Below, piece after piece: positions 38,627-52,312 of a stretch of 64,000 bases of DNA. Location: contig CAISGE010000022.1 in assembly GCA_903884815.1 (NCBI GenBank), positions 19,031 through 83,030 of the forward strand, written 5' to 3'. The DNA comes from Candidatus Omnitrophota bacterium (GTDB lineage: Bacteria > Omnitrophota > Omnitrophia > Omnitrophales > Aquincolibacteriaceae). Within the stretch, counting starts at the first letter, position 1. The number at the start of each line of letters is the position of its first letter. The notes under the pieces are model-generated. The model was not told where the DNA came from and made no database searches. It was given only the letters and a program-made list of their open reading frames with translations. A program made the position numbers and the translations under genes.

Positions 38627-39616
38627 TTATTTTCTGTCGGGGGAAACCGCATTCTTGATCCGGTCGATCACGCAGATCGACATCGGATCGACTTTGTTAA
38701 GTTTGGCCAATTCACAACTCGCCCAGTCTCCCAGAAGGATCATGGAAAAAAGACGGGCCAGGGCGCTTTCGCCCCGCGCTTTGAACTCCGCGACCTCGGC
38801 ACCCCGCTCCCGGATCGCCTTCATCGCGACCTTTTTCTTTTTCAAAAGCCATTCGGGCTCATTCCGGTCGGTCAGAAAAACCGCGACCGAGCGCCGGATC
38901 TTGAACTCCGGGAAATTCCAGCCTTCGACTTCGTGATGGAACATTTCGGGCAACGCCTCACAAGAAGCGAGCGTCTTCGCGTTCTCCGCGAATTGAGTCC
39001 TCCAACGGAGGGCCACGGTCTGCATGAGACCGCCACCGTAAATAGCAATATTCCGTCCAAAGAGCCGCTCGGCGAGCTTGCGGGCCTGCACTGCCGGAAA
39101 ATGACCGACCTCGCGAAGCACTTCCCGGATCTCCTTTGCGGAAACCGAGAACCACCGGTAGCGCATAAAAAGAAAAAGCAGTGAAAAAGTCGTATAGCCG
39201 ATCGCAAATCTCGGCGGATACCCCTGAGGCAAACGGAAAAGAGGGATCTTTCTCTTCAATGCTTCTTCGGCAAGCCAACCGCCGGACGCCACCACCAGAA
39301 AATGGGCCTTGCGAGCGACGGCCTGTTCAAAGATCGCCGCCACTTCATGCGTGTTCCCCGAATAACTGGAAAGGATCACGATCGTTTTGGAATCGACCCA
39401 GGAGGGAAGACGTGATGTGCGATTCACGGTCCAATGAATTCGCGAGCGGCTTTGCGCGATAGTCCCGAGAATGTCCCCGCTTATCGCGGAACCCCCCATG
39501 CCGCAATATAGAACCTTTTCCGGTCTTTTGATGAATGAGGCAGGAAGACTGATGCCGCCGGCGATCGCCCGCGCTTTCATGATCTGATGGGCCAGATCCT
39601 TCAGATAAACTTCCAT
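38627..39616 (-). CDS. Bifunctional phosphoglucose/phosphomannose isomerase (SIS domain)
   Basis: GMGGSAISGD, SYSGNT.E, PR.A, ENAK, PE..H.EVEG. Confidence 0.88.
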   Translation of the reverse strand: MEVYLKDLAHQIMKARAIAGGISLPASFIKRPEKVLYCGMGGSAISGDILGTIAQSRSRIHWTVNRTSRLPSWVDSKTIVILSSYSGNTHEVAAIFEQAVARKAHFLVVASGGWLAEEALKRKIPLFRLPQGYPPRFAIGYTTFSLLFLFMRYRWFSVSAKEIREVLREVGHFPAVQARKLAERLFGRNIAIYGGGLMQTVALRWRTQFAENAKTLASCEALPEMFHHEVEGWNFPEFKIRRSVAVFLTDRNEPEWLLKKKKVAMKAIRERGAEVAEFKARGESALARLFSMILLGDWASCELAKLNKVDPMSICVIDRIKNAVSPDRK

Positions 39617-41364
39617 TATTCGTCAGCAAGCTCCGCGCAAACATCCTTGAGTTTCGCCTTCAAAAACGCGTAGATCTCCGGGCCGGTGTGCAACGCCAAA
39701 GCCCTTTGGGCAATCGCCTGGGCGTCAACATAGCGAATCGAACGGATAGCCTTCTTAATTTTGGGGAGGGCCACGGGACTCGCGCTGATCTCATCGATCC
39801 CAAGACCGACGAGGAGAATCGCGATCGCGGGATCTGAGGACATCTCGCCGCAGCTCCCCACCCAGATATGATGTCCGTGGCCGTTACGGATCGTCATGTC
39901 GATCAGACGAACGATCGCCGGATGGGTCGGCTCGTAAAGATAGGCGATCTTCTCGTTCATGCGATCGATCGCAAGCACGTATTGGATCAGATCATTCGTC
40001 CCGAGAGAAAAGAAATCCACTTCCTTGGCCAGAACGTCGCTCGCGAGCGCAGCCGAGGGGATCTCGATCATGACCCCGACATGGATCTCCTTATTGAAAG
40101 GCACCCCTTCTTTTTCAAGCTCCGCCTTCGCTTCGTCCAAAACAACTTTCGCGGCGCGAACTTCATAAACACTCGCGACCATCGGGTACATGATCTTCAG
40201 ATCTCCATGGACACTGGCCCGCAAAATCGCCCGAAGCTGGGTCTTGAAAATATCCGTCCTTGTCAGACAAAAACGGATCGCCCGCCAGCCGAGATACGGA
40301 TTCATCTCATGAGGAATTTCAAGGGTCGATGCGAATTTGTCGCCGCCCAGATCGAGGGTCCGGATCACCACCGTGTTCGGACGCATGGCTTCCGCGACCT
40401 TGCGATATGCGTCATATTGCTCTTCCTCGGTCGGGAGCGTCGTCCGGTTCATGTAAAAATATTCGGTCCGATAGAGTCCAACCCCGTTCCCCCCGTGAGA
40501 GATGACGGACGCCGTTTCGTGATGGAATTCGATATTGGCCGCCAGCGTGATACGCTTCCCGTCCAGCGTCTCGGCGGGAAGATCGCGCAATTTATCTAGC
40601 TCGCCCGTCAGCTGATTGAAACGGCTCCCCTGGGAGTTAAATTTGTCGATGGTCGCCTGATCGGGATTAATGACCACGATCCCATGCGTTCCGTCCACGA
40701 TGATCGTGTCATTATCCTGCAGCTCGCCAACAATCTTATCCATTCCCACAATGGCCGGGATCTCCAGCGACCGGCCGAGAATCGCGGTGTGAGAGGTAGG
40801 CCCCCCGATCTCGGTTACAAAACCAAGCACTTTAGTGCGATCCAGGGATGCCGTATCCGACGGCGAAAGATCGTGGGACGCAATGATCACTTTCCCCTCA
40901 AATTCTTCGAGACGCTTTTTCTCTTCCCCGCAAAGATTCCCCAGCAATCGCTTCCCGACATCACGAATGTCCGAGATGCGTTCCTTGAGATATTCATCGT
41001 TGATCTGGGAGAATGCCTGAAAGTAGCGCTGGATAACGGTCGCAAAAGCGTATTCCGCGCCGGCCTTCTCGTTCTTGATCACCTCGATCACATCCTCGAT
41101 CAGAGTGCGATCCTCCAGGATCAAGAGGTGGGCCGTAAAAATGTCGGAGCTCTCCCGGCCGATCTGGCTGGAAAGCTTCCGGCGTATCGTGAGAATTTCA
41201 TTGCGGGTGCGCGTCAGTGCGTCTTCAAAACGCGCGATCTCGTTGGAAATCTGCTCCGGGCCCACGGTCCGCTTCGGAAGATTGAAGGATTCACCGCTAT
41301 GCAGTACAAAGACCTTCCCGATCGCGATCCCCGCCGAAACGCCAATCCCCTGATATTGTTTCAT
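39616..41364 (-). CDS. ptsI: PTS enzyme I
   Basis: GGPTSHTAI, GLYRTE, RTLDLGGDK, MIEIPSAA, GTNDLIQY, CGEM. Confidence 0.97.
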   Translation of the reverse strand: MKQYQGIGVSAGIAIGKVFVLHSGESFNLPKRTVGPEQISNEIARFEDALTRTRNEILTIRRKLSSQIGRESSDIFTAHLLILEDRTLIEDVIEVIKNEKAGAEYAFATVIQRYFQAFSQINDEYLKERISDIRDVGKRLLGNLCGEEKKRLEEFEGKVIIASHDLSPSDTASLDRTKVLGFVTEIGGPTSHTAILGRSLEIPAIVGMDKIVGELQDNDTIIVDGTHGIVVINPDQATIDKFNSQGSRFNQLTGELDKLRDLPAETLDGKRITLAANIEFHHETASVISHGGNGVGLYRTEYFYMNRTTLPTEEEQYDAYRKVAEAMRPNTVVIRTLDLGGDKFASTLEIPHEMNPYLGWRAIRFCLTRTDIFKTQLRAILRASVHGDLKIMYPMVASVYEVRAAKVVLDEAKAELEKEGVPFNKEIHVGVMIEIPSAALASDVLAKEVDFFSLGTNDLIQYVLAIDRMNEKIAYLYEPTHPAIVRLIDMTIRNGHGHHIWVGSCGEMSSDPAIAILLVGLGIDEISASPVALPKIKKAIRSIRYVDAQAIAQRALALHTGPEIYAFLKAKLKDVCAELADE

Positions 41365-41365
41365 C

Positions 41366-41659
41366 CTATTCTCCGAAATTCGATTCGATAAGTTTGGTCA
41401 GCGCTTCCATCGAGGCCACGGCATCCTTGCCGGAGACACGCACTGTAATGGAAGATCCCATCTCCGCCGCGAGCGTCATAATGCCCATGATCGATTTTCC
41501 ATCGATCTTCTGATCTTCCTTTTGAACTTCCACGGAAGACTCAAAACGGTTCGCCGTCTGGACGAAGATCGCGGCAGGGCGGGCGTGCAGGCCCAACTTG
41601 CTCCCGATCACAAAAGTCTTTTCCAACGTTTCCTGTCCGGCTCTTTTCCTGGGGCTCAT
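41366..41659 (-). CDS. ptsH: Phosphocarrier protein HPr
   Basis: GLHARPAA, DGKSIMG. Confidence 0.95.
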   Translation of the reverse strand: MSPRKRAGQETLEKTFVIGSKLGLHARPAAIFVQTANRFESSVEVQKEDQKIDGKSIMGIMTLAAEMGSSITVRVSGKDAVASMEALTKLIESNFGE

Positions 41660-41669
41660 AATAACGGGA

Positions 41670-42929
41670 TCATTCCTTCGTTTGCTTGATATGCTCTTTG
41701 TAGTGTTCCAGGATCAACTTCATGAGAAGCTCCGAATCGTGGCGAACCTGATCGCCCTTCTGGAGAACATCTCCCTGAATGATCCTGTAACCTTTTTCAC
41801 GGATCTTCTCGATATCCAATTTGACCGGCAAGGCGCCCTGCTTCGCGTAGCGCTCAAGCATGGGCTCCGGAATGACCCCCGTATTCAAGAAGCAGGCGTC
41901 CACGATTCTCGGATCCGTATGGTCCAGGATCACGTTCAGATGATCCCAAGCGCTCATCCCGGTAGTCTCCCCGGGCTGCGTCATAGCATTCATGATAAAG
42001 ATCTTGTAAGCATCCGACTGAAGGATGGCTTCCCGGATATCCTGGATCAAAAGATTCGGTAAAATACTCGTATAAAGACTTCCGGGCCCCATAATGATCA
42101 GGTCCGCGATCTCGATCGCGTCGAGCGCCTCCTGGCACGCTTTGCAATCGTCGGGCTGGAGACGAATGCTGCGAAGCGGTTTGCCGAGATCCGTAATGGT
42201 GGTCTCACCCTCCGCCGAGGTGCCATCCATGAACTCCCCCACAAGCGTCACCTTTTCAAGCGTGGAGGGAAGCACCCTCCCGCGAATCGCGAGCACCTTG
42301 CTTGATTCCGCGATCGCCTTCTCAAAATCGCCCGTGACCTTGGAGAGCGCCGTAATAAAAAGATTCCCGAAGCTGTGGCCCTTCAGCCCTTCGCCGAGTT
42401 CAAAACGGTATTGAAAAAGATCCCGGATGAGCGGTCCCGCGTCGGCAAGCGCAACGAGACAGTTGCGAATATCCCCGGGAGGTAACACATCCATTTCATC
42501 GCGTAGACGGCCCGAACTTCCGCCGGTGTCCGTCACCGTCACGATCGCTGTGATGTTACTTGTGAAAACCTTGATCCCCGAAAGCATGGTGCTGAGACCC
42601 GTTCCACCGCCGATCGCCACCACGCGAGGCCCGTGGAGAAGCGACTCGACCTTGCGCTTCTGGTAGACGATATCCACGAGCGATCCGTCCCCGTTGAGAG
42701 GCATCAAAGCGCGAACAAAAATGCGCACCATATTCTTGATCGAGGTATAAATAAGAAAGATCCCGAGGATCAAAAAGGCGGTCGCGAACGAGGCCATCAT
42801 GACGCTCGTCTTGGACATGGTCTTCACGGTCAGAAGCGCCACCAACACAATGAACCCCAGCCCCACAGCGCAGAGGAAAATCCACCGCTTGATGCCAATC
42901 CCCGGATAGAACCACTTGAAAAATTTCAT
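41670..42929 (-). CDS. yvcK: YvcK/CofD-like UDP-GlcNAc-binding protein with N-terminal TM helices
   Basis: IGGGTGLS, D.GGSSGRLR, PPGDIRNC, GPGSLYTS, RHD. Confidence 0.92.
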   Translation of the reverse strand: MKFFKWFYPGIGIKRWIFLCAVGLGFIVLVALLTVKTMSKTSVMMASFATAFLILGIFLIYTSIKNMVRIFVRALMPLNGDGSLVDIVYQKRKVESLLHGPRVVAIGGGTGLSTMLSGIKVFTSNITAIVTVTDTGGSSGRLRDEMDVLPPGDIRNCLVALADAGPLIRDLFQYRFELGEGLKGHSFGNLFITALSKVTGDFEKAIAESSKVLAIRGRVLPSTLEKVTLVGEFMDGTSAEGETTITDLGKPLRSIRLQPDDCKACQEALDAIEIADLIIMGPGSLYTSILPNLLIQDIREAILQSDAYKIFIMNAMTQPGETTGMSAWDHLNVILDHTDPRIVDACFLNTGVIPEPMLERYAKQGALPVKLDIEKIREKGYRIIQGDVLQKGDQVRHDSELLMKLILEHYKEHIKQTKE

Positions 42930-42955
42930 GAGAAGTTTCGCAGCTCAGGCCTGGA

Positions 42956-43420
42956 TCAGACCTTGCGGTTCTCTTCCTTCGCGATCAGATCGAAGATATC
43001 TTTCGGAGTTTTGCACTTCCGGATGAGTTCGCAGAAATAAGTATCACGAAGCAGCCTGGAGATCTGCGCCAAGGCCTTGAGATGCGGCCCCGCGGTATCT
43101 TTGGGCGCCACAAGCAGGAACAGGATGTAGACAGGCTCTCCGTCGAGAGCCTCAAAGTTGACACCCTTGCGGCTCACGCCGAGCACGGCCACAAGCCCAT
43201 CCACCTTATCGGTTTTCCCGTGCGGGATCGCGATCCCCTGCCCGATCCCCGTGGATCCGAGGTTCTCCCGCTCGACCAAAGCACGGAGAATATTCTTTTT
43301 ATCCCCCACGTCCTTGACCTCGGCCAGAAGATCCACCATTTCCTTTAAAATGCCTTCTTTGTCAGTCGCTTCCAGATCGATTTTGATGCCGTTGATATTC
43401 AAAAAATCTGTGATCTTCAT
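42956..43420 (-). CDS. ptsN: PTS IIA (Ntr/fructose-type)
   Basis: RE.LGSTGIG.GIAIPH, F.ALDG.PV, HLKALA. Confidence 0.88.
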   Translation of the reverse strand: MKITDFLNINGIKIDLEATDKEGILKEMVDLLAEVKDVGDKKNILRALVERENLGSTGIGQGIAIPHGKTDKVDGLVAVLGVSRKGVNFEALDGEPVYILFLLVAPKDTAGPHLKALAQISRLLRDTYFCELIRKCKTPKDIFDLIAKEENRKV

Positions 43421-43491
43421 GGATACGCGTCTCCGGTTTGAAAAAGGTTGTGGACCTATCCTGACTCTCATTTTTTAAATTAATGGAAGCC

Positions 43492-43622
43492 AGGACAGCC
43501 CTGATTTTTATTTTCTTTTTATAAAGGGTAATCAGGGCAGCCCCAATCTCAGCTTCGCTTCGATCGATTGGCATTGGGACTGCCCCAATTTCCGCTTCGC
43601 TTCAATTGAAAAGCATTGGGAC
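43492..43622. repeat. Cluster of GCCCCAAT...ATTGGG palindromic elements (two tandem copies plus one related hairpin)
   Basis: GGGCAGCCCCAATCTCAGCTTCGCTTC...CATTGGGAC then TGCCCCAATTTCCGCTTCGCTTC...CATTGGGAC. Confidence 0.75.
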
Positions 43623-44173
43623 TAGAAACCAGGCTCGATAAGCCCGTGATTCCCGTCCTTACATTTATGGATTACATTCACGGCGTTGGTATTCTGATTC
43701 ATGAAAACGAGAAATTTTTCCGGGGAGATCTCAAGCTGAAGGCTCGCCTCTTCGACGGACATCGGCTTGGGAGCGAAAGACGCAGAGCGCACGATCTTGG
43801 GGTGATCTTCCGGCAGAATGGTTTCTGCATCGATCATTCCGAACGCGCGGGCGAGCTTCGCCGAGCCCTTGGAGTTTTTTTTGTGATGGCCTTTGGACTT
43901 CGCGCGGAACTTTTTGAGCTGTTTCTCCACGCGCTCATAAGCCTCATCCATCGCGGCAAAGATATTGTCCTTTGCCTGCCCCATCCCGAAGGCGTGAAAG
44001 TCTTTGGCCGCGAGCGTGATCTCCGCGATATAAATATATTTTTCCTTTTTAAGAAACACATGGGCTTCCACGAGCCGGGGGGCATATTTCTCGAACTTCG
44101 GAAGCCGCGCTTCCAAATGCTCTTTCATGCCCTGGGTGATCTTGAGATTCTTTCCTGAAAAACGAATATCCAC
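43622..44173 (-). CDS. hpf: Ribosome hibernation promoting factor (long HPF/RaiA)
   Basis: N-terminal S30AE domain, KPMS.EEA C-terminal domain; GTG start with SD AAGGAGG. Confidence 0.92.
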   Translation of the reverse strand: MDIRFSGKNLKITQGMKEHLEARLPKFEKYAPRLVEAHVFLKKEKYIYIAEITLAAKDFHAFGMGQAKDNIFAAMDEAYERVEKQLKKFRAKSKGHHKKNSKGSAKLARAFGMIDAETILPEDHPKIVRSASFAPKPMSVEEASLQLEISPEKFLVFMNQNTNAVNVIHKCKDGNHGLIEPGF

Positions 44174-44233
44174 GGTTATGCCCTCCTTGGGGGTCCTGAA
44201 TGGATTGATGAGAAAAACAAACTCTGCACTAAA

Positions 44234-44959
44234 TTATGCGAGGGTGAACCTTTCTCCAAGATAGATCTCCCTGGCCTTGGCATCGGAAGCGAGGAATTCG
44301 GAAGATCCGGAGACCTCGACCTTGCCCTCAAAAAGAAGGTACGAGCGATCGGTGATGGAAAGGGTTTCGCGGACGCTATGGTCCGTCAGAAGAATGCTCA
44401 GCCCCTGGGCCTTGAGCCGCTGGAGGATCTTCTGGACTTCGAAGACCGCAATAGGATCCACCCCGCTGAAAGGTTCGTCGAGAAGGATCAGCGACGGATT
44501 GGTCACAAGCGCACGCGTGATCTCAAGTCGCCGCCTCTCGCCGCCGGAGAGCGTGTAGGCCTTGCTCTTCGCGAGATACGCGATATCCAGATCGTTCAGC
44601 AGTCTTTTGAGGCGACGGTCCCGTTCTTCCTGAGAGATCTCGAGGGTTTCCAGGATCGCCATGATATTTTCTTCCACGGTCAGTTTCCGGAAAATAGACG
44701 GCTCCTGCGAAAGATAGCCGATCCCGAGGCGCGCCCGCTCGAACATCGGCAGTGCGGTAATATCCTCGCCGCGAAAAAAGATGTGTCCGGTCTCGGGGCG
44801 TATCACCCCGACCACCATGTAAAAGGAGGTGGTCTTTCCGGCGCCATTGGGCCCCAAAAGTCCCACGATCTCGCCCCGCGAGATCTGGATGCTAACTCCG
44901 TTAACGACCGTGCGGCCTTTGTAGCTTTTCGTCAGCTGTTTTGTCTCAAGCAGATTCAT
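44234..44959 (-). CDS. lptB: LPS export ABC ATPase
   Basis: GLLGPNGAGKTT, LSGGERRR.EI.RAL, LDEPF.GVDP. Confidence 0.96.
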   Translation of the reverse strand: MNLLETKQLTKSYKGRTVVNGVSIQISRGEIVGLLGPNGAGKTTSFYMVVGVIRPETGHIFFRGEDITALPMFERARLGIGYLSQEPSIFRKLTVEENIMAILETLEISQEERDRRLKRLLNDLDIAYLAKSKAYTLSGGERRRLEITRALVTNPSLILLDEPFSGVDPIAVFEVQKILQRLKAQGLSILLTDHSVRETLSITDRSYLLFEGKVEVSGSSEFLASDAKAREIYLGERFTLA

Positions 44960-44960
44960 G

Positions 44961-45845
44961 CTAAAGCACTCCTTTTCCGAGACCCGCCGGGACTTGCCCT
45001 TCATAATAAAGGGCTTCCGTGTCTCCCCCAAGAATGATCCGTCCTTCGTCCGCCAGATAGATCACGCTGTCGGAGTAAGTCTTGTTCCCATCCGGGTTCT
45101 CGATCACCACATCGCCCACAGCCACGATCTTGGCAACCCGACGGCTCACGCGATTGTAATAAACGTCCATTGTCGCCGCCGTAAGTTTCCCGTGTGAATC
45201 CTGGGCCACCACGTTGTCCTTGAAGTGCGCGATATTCTTCTCGTAATCAACCACGAGTGATCCATCGCAAGTGATGGTCGTTGGCCCGCTCGACTTATCC
45301 TCGGTATTCTGGATCACGACAGTGACTTTTTTCTGGAACTTCACTTTTTTGAGGCGTGTATCCGCCCGGGCCCCGGTGCCTTCGACGTTGATATTGTCTT
45401 TTTTGACCTGCGCTTCCAGATCGGTTTCCACGATATGTTCGGAGGGATGCATGTCGAGAGCCTCGGTGACCATCCGCGTACCGTCATCCGTCGTCGCGAC
45501 CACATTTTTCTCGAGATGGATCTTGTTCTCTTTCTTTTTGTACTCCCCTCGATCCGCCGTGACGGTCACAGGGACTTCTTCGGCGTACGCCTTGGCCATC
45601 ACGTTCATAAGCTTGACATTGTTGGACAAAATGTCGGCGGAATCGCCCTCGATCTCGATCTCACGCTGGCCTTCGGCCGTATATTTCGTAAATGAAAACG
45701 AAAAGATCTTCTGCGGTTTTTTCTCAGAGAGCGTTTCCGTCGCGCGCTCAGCATGTTGCTTGCGGGTGATCACCACCTGCACCTGGACAAAAAAGACATA
45801 GAACACCACAAGCGCAGCAAAGATAAAAATAAGACGTTTGATCAT
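44961..45845 (-). CDS. LptC-LptA (two beta-jellyroll) fusion protein
   Basis: N-terminal TM, LptC-like domain then OstA/LptA-like domain; sits immediately upstream of lptB. Confidence 0.75.
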   Translation of the reverse strand: MIKRLIFIFAALVVFYVFFVQVQVVITRKQHAERATETLSEKKPQKIFSFSFTKYTAEGQREIEIEGDSADILSNNVKLMNVMAKAYAEEVPVTVTADRGEYKKKENKIHLEKNVVATTDDGTRMVTEALDMHPSEHIVETDLEAQVKKDNINVEGTGARADTRLKKVKFQKKVTVVIQNTEDKSSGPTTITCDGSLVVDYEKNIAHFKDNVVAQDSHGKLTAATMDVYYNRVSRRVAKIVAVGDVVIENPDGNKTYSDSVIYLADEGRIILGGDTEALYYEGQVPAGLGKGVL

Positions 45846-46786
45846 GAAAGCTTCACTGTCTCCTTAGGTTCCGCGGCCGGTGTTTCTTCGGGCCTCGTTT
45901 TCCAGCGGTCATGCATCCATCCCCACTGATCCGGATACTGCCGTATCACGACTTCAAAATCTTTCATCCAAGCCTCGGTATATTTCCGTATCGAAGCCTC
46001 ACGGTCCCCCCGCTCGATCTTCGGCCTTATCAGATTTCCGAGGATTAGCCGATAGCGATTCCCGGGCATCCGGATCATGAACGCCGGAAGGATCGGCGCT
46101 TCCGTGTGCATGGCAAATTTCACGGGTGCCACCGTCGTGTAGGCCGGTTTTCCAAAAAAATCCACAAAGATACCGCGAACGCTATCCCGGTCCTGATCCG
46201 GTAAAAGGCCAACGATGCCACCGGCCTTCAACTGCTTATGAACACCGCGTACAGCCTCATTCTGATAGATCGTCTCGACCTTCACCGCTTTCCTCAAACC
46301 GAGGATCCAACGGTTATAGGGCTCATAATAGATACGCCGCCCCACCACGGCACCCCGGAAACCCTGCATGCAGAAGCTCCCGGCCAAAAGTTCCCAGTTG
46401 CCCATGTGCGCCGTCATTATAATGAGGCCCTTCCCTTCTTGCAAAATATCTTTGCAAAAGGAGTAGGCCTTGCCGACATCCACAAAAGCAGCCATCTTGT
46501 CGCGTGAGAGCCTGGAAAACAGGAGAAAATCCATGGCGGTCTGAAGCATATTCCCCATCACCCGCCGCCCAATCGAGTTCCGCTCTTCGGAACTCATGGC
46601 ATCCCCATAGGCAAGCTTCAGATTTTCAAGGATCTTCTCTCTCTGGCGAGAAACAAGCCGATATCCTAATTGCCCGATACCGTTCGCCCATCCCAAGGCC
46701 CAGCCACGCGGCAGGAGCGAGAGAAGCCCCGCCGCCAAACGCGCTAAAAGATAAACGGGATAGCGATAGAATTTGCGCTTGGCCAT
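45842..46786 (-). CDS. Lipid A late acyltransferase (LpxL/HtrB family)
   Basis: AHMGNWE, LPDQD, V.FFG, PDQW.W.H.RWK. Confidence 0.9.
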   Translation of the reverse strand: MAKRKFYRYPVYLLARLAAGLLSLLPRGWALGWANGIGQLGYRLVSRQREKILENLKLAYGDAMSSEERNSIGRRVMGNMLQTAMDFLLFSRLSRDKMAAFVDVGKAYSFCKDILQEGKGLIIMTAHMGNWELLAGSFCMQGFRGAVVGRRIYYEPYNRWILGLRKAVKVETIYQNEAVRGVHKQLKAGGIVGLLPDQDRDSVRGIFVDFFGKPAYTTVAPVKFAMHTEAPILPAFMIRMPGNRYRLILGNLIRPKIERGDREASIRKYTEAWMKDFEVVIRQYPDQWGWMHDRWKTRPEETPAAEPKETVKLS

Positions 46787-46793
46787 AAGAGGA

Positions 46794-51057
<4,264 letters not shown>

Positions 51058-51091
51058 GAAATATTTGAAATCTCAAATTTGAAATTGAACA

Positions 51092-52102
51092 TTACACCTT
51101 CCGGACTGCTTCCCGGAGTTCCGCGGGAGAAACCGTGGCAGTACCGAGTTTGCCGACAACGATCCCGGCGGCAATATTGGCGATCTTGGCCGCTTCCTGC
51201 ATCTTCGCGCCAGCCGCAAGCGAAAGTGCAAGGGTCGCGATCACAGTGTCTCCGGCGCCGGACACATCATAAACTTCGCGAGCCGCCGTCGGAACCCGTG
51301 TGATCTTGCCACCTTTTTCAAAAAGGGCCATGCCATCTTCACCGAGTGTGATGAGGACCGACTCAAGCCTCAGTTTTTTCATGAGCGCCCAGCCGACCTT
51401 CTCAAGCTCCGGAGTCTTGTGCCATGGGCCGATCGTCCGCTCATAACCCCCGTAAGCTTCTTTACGATTCGGGGTGATACAGGTCACACCTTTGTAATAA
51501 TCAAAATGTTTTTCCTTGGGGTCCACGAGCACGGGTTTCTTCCACTTCTTCGCAAGTTTCACGACCTCGCGGAGCAGGAACGGCTGCATGACACCTTTAC
51601 CGTAATCCTCAAGGATCACAACGTCCATGCGTTTGATATTCTCATGAACAAATTTGAGGATCTTAAGAAGATCATTCTTGGAAACATCTTCGGTCTTCTC
51701 GCGATCGAAGCGGACCATTTGCTGGGAATTGGCGATCACGCGTGTTTTGACGGTCGTCGGCCGGGTCGGGTCATAAATAATTCCCCCCGTTTCAATCCCC
51801 TGCTGGCGTATGGTCTTGAGAAGCATCCTTCCGTAAAGATCACGTCCGACCACGCCGCAGGGATAGGCCGCGCCCGCGAGAGATCGGATATTATGGGCGA
51901 CATTGAGGGATCCTCCGGGCATCAAGGATTCTCGCTTGACGTCCACCACCGGAACCGGGGCCTCGGGGGAGATCCGTGAGACACTTCCCCAGACGAATTG
52001 GTCGAGGATAAAATCCCCGATCACAAGGACATGCGCCCCCTTGAAGCCTTCAAGGATCTCAAGAAAATGCTTTTTTTCAGCCGCTGTAAGTGTATTTTTC
52101 AT
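51092..52102 (-). CDS. rfaE1: D-glycero-beta-D-manno-heptose-7-phosphate kinase (RfaE domain I)
   Basis: RISPEAPVPV, DYGKG, TPN..EA, DVSGAGDTV. Confidence 0.93.
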   Translation of the reverse strand: MKNTLTAAEKKHFLEILEGFKGAHVLVIGDFILDQFVWGSVSRISPEAPVPVVDVKRESLMPGGSLNVAHNIRSLAGAAYPCGVVGRDLYGRMLLKTIRQQGIETGGIIYDPTRPTTVKTRVIANSQQMVRFDREKTEDVSKNDLLKILKFVHENIKRMDVVILEDYGKGVMQPFLLREVVKLAKKWKKPVLVDPKEKHFDYYKGVTCITPNRKEAYGGYERTIGPWHKTPELEKVGWALMKKLRLESVLITLGEDGMALFEKGGKITRVPTAAREVYDVSGAGDTVIATLALSLAAGAKMQEAAKIANIAAGIVVGKLGTATVSPAELREAVRKV

Positions 52103-52312
52103 AGAGGGATAAGCCAGTTGATGGAAGGACGTATAGTATCATCCGTCAGTCAGGGTGTCCAATGAAATGCCCCATGATTTAACTCGTTTACCGTAAAGGA
52201 GTTAGACTGAATTAGCGATCGAAGAGATTGACGGTGGCGAGCTCCGCCTCGCTGGTGACGTGAATTCGGACCTTCCGGAGAGCTTTTTCGCGGAGCTTGC
52301 GGGAGAGTCTCT

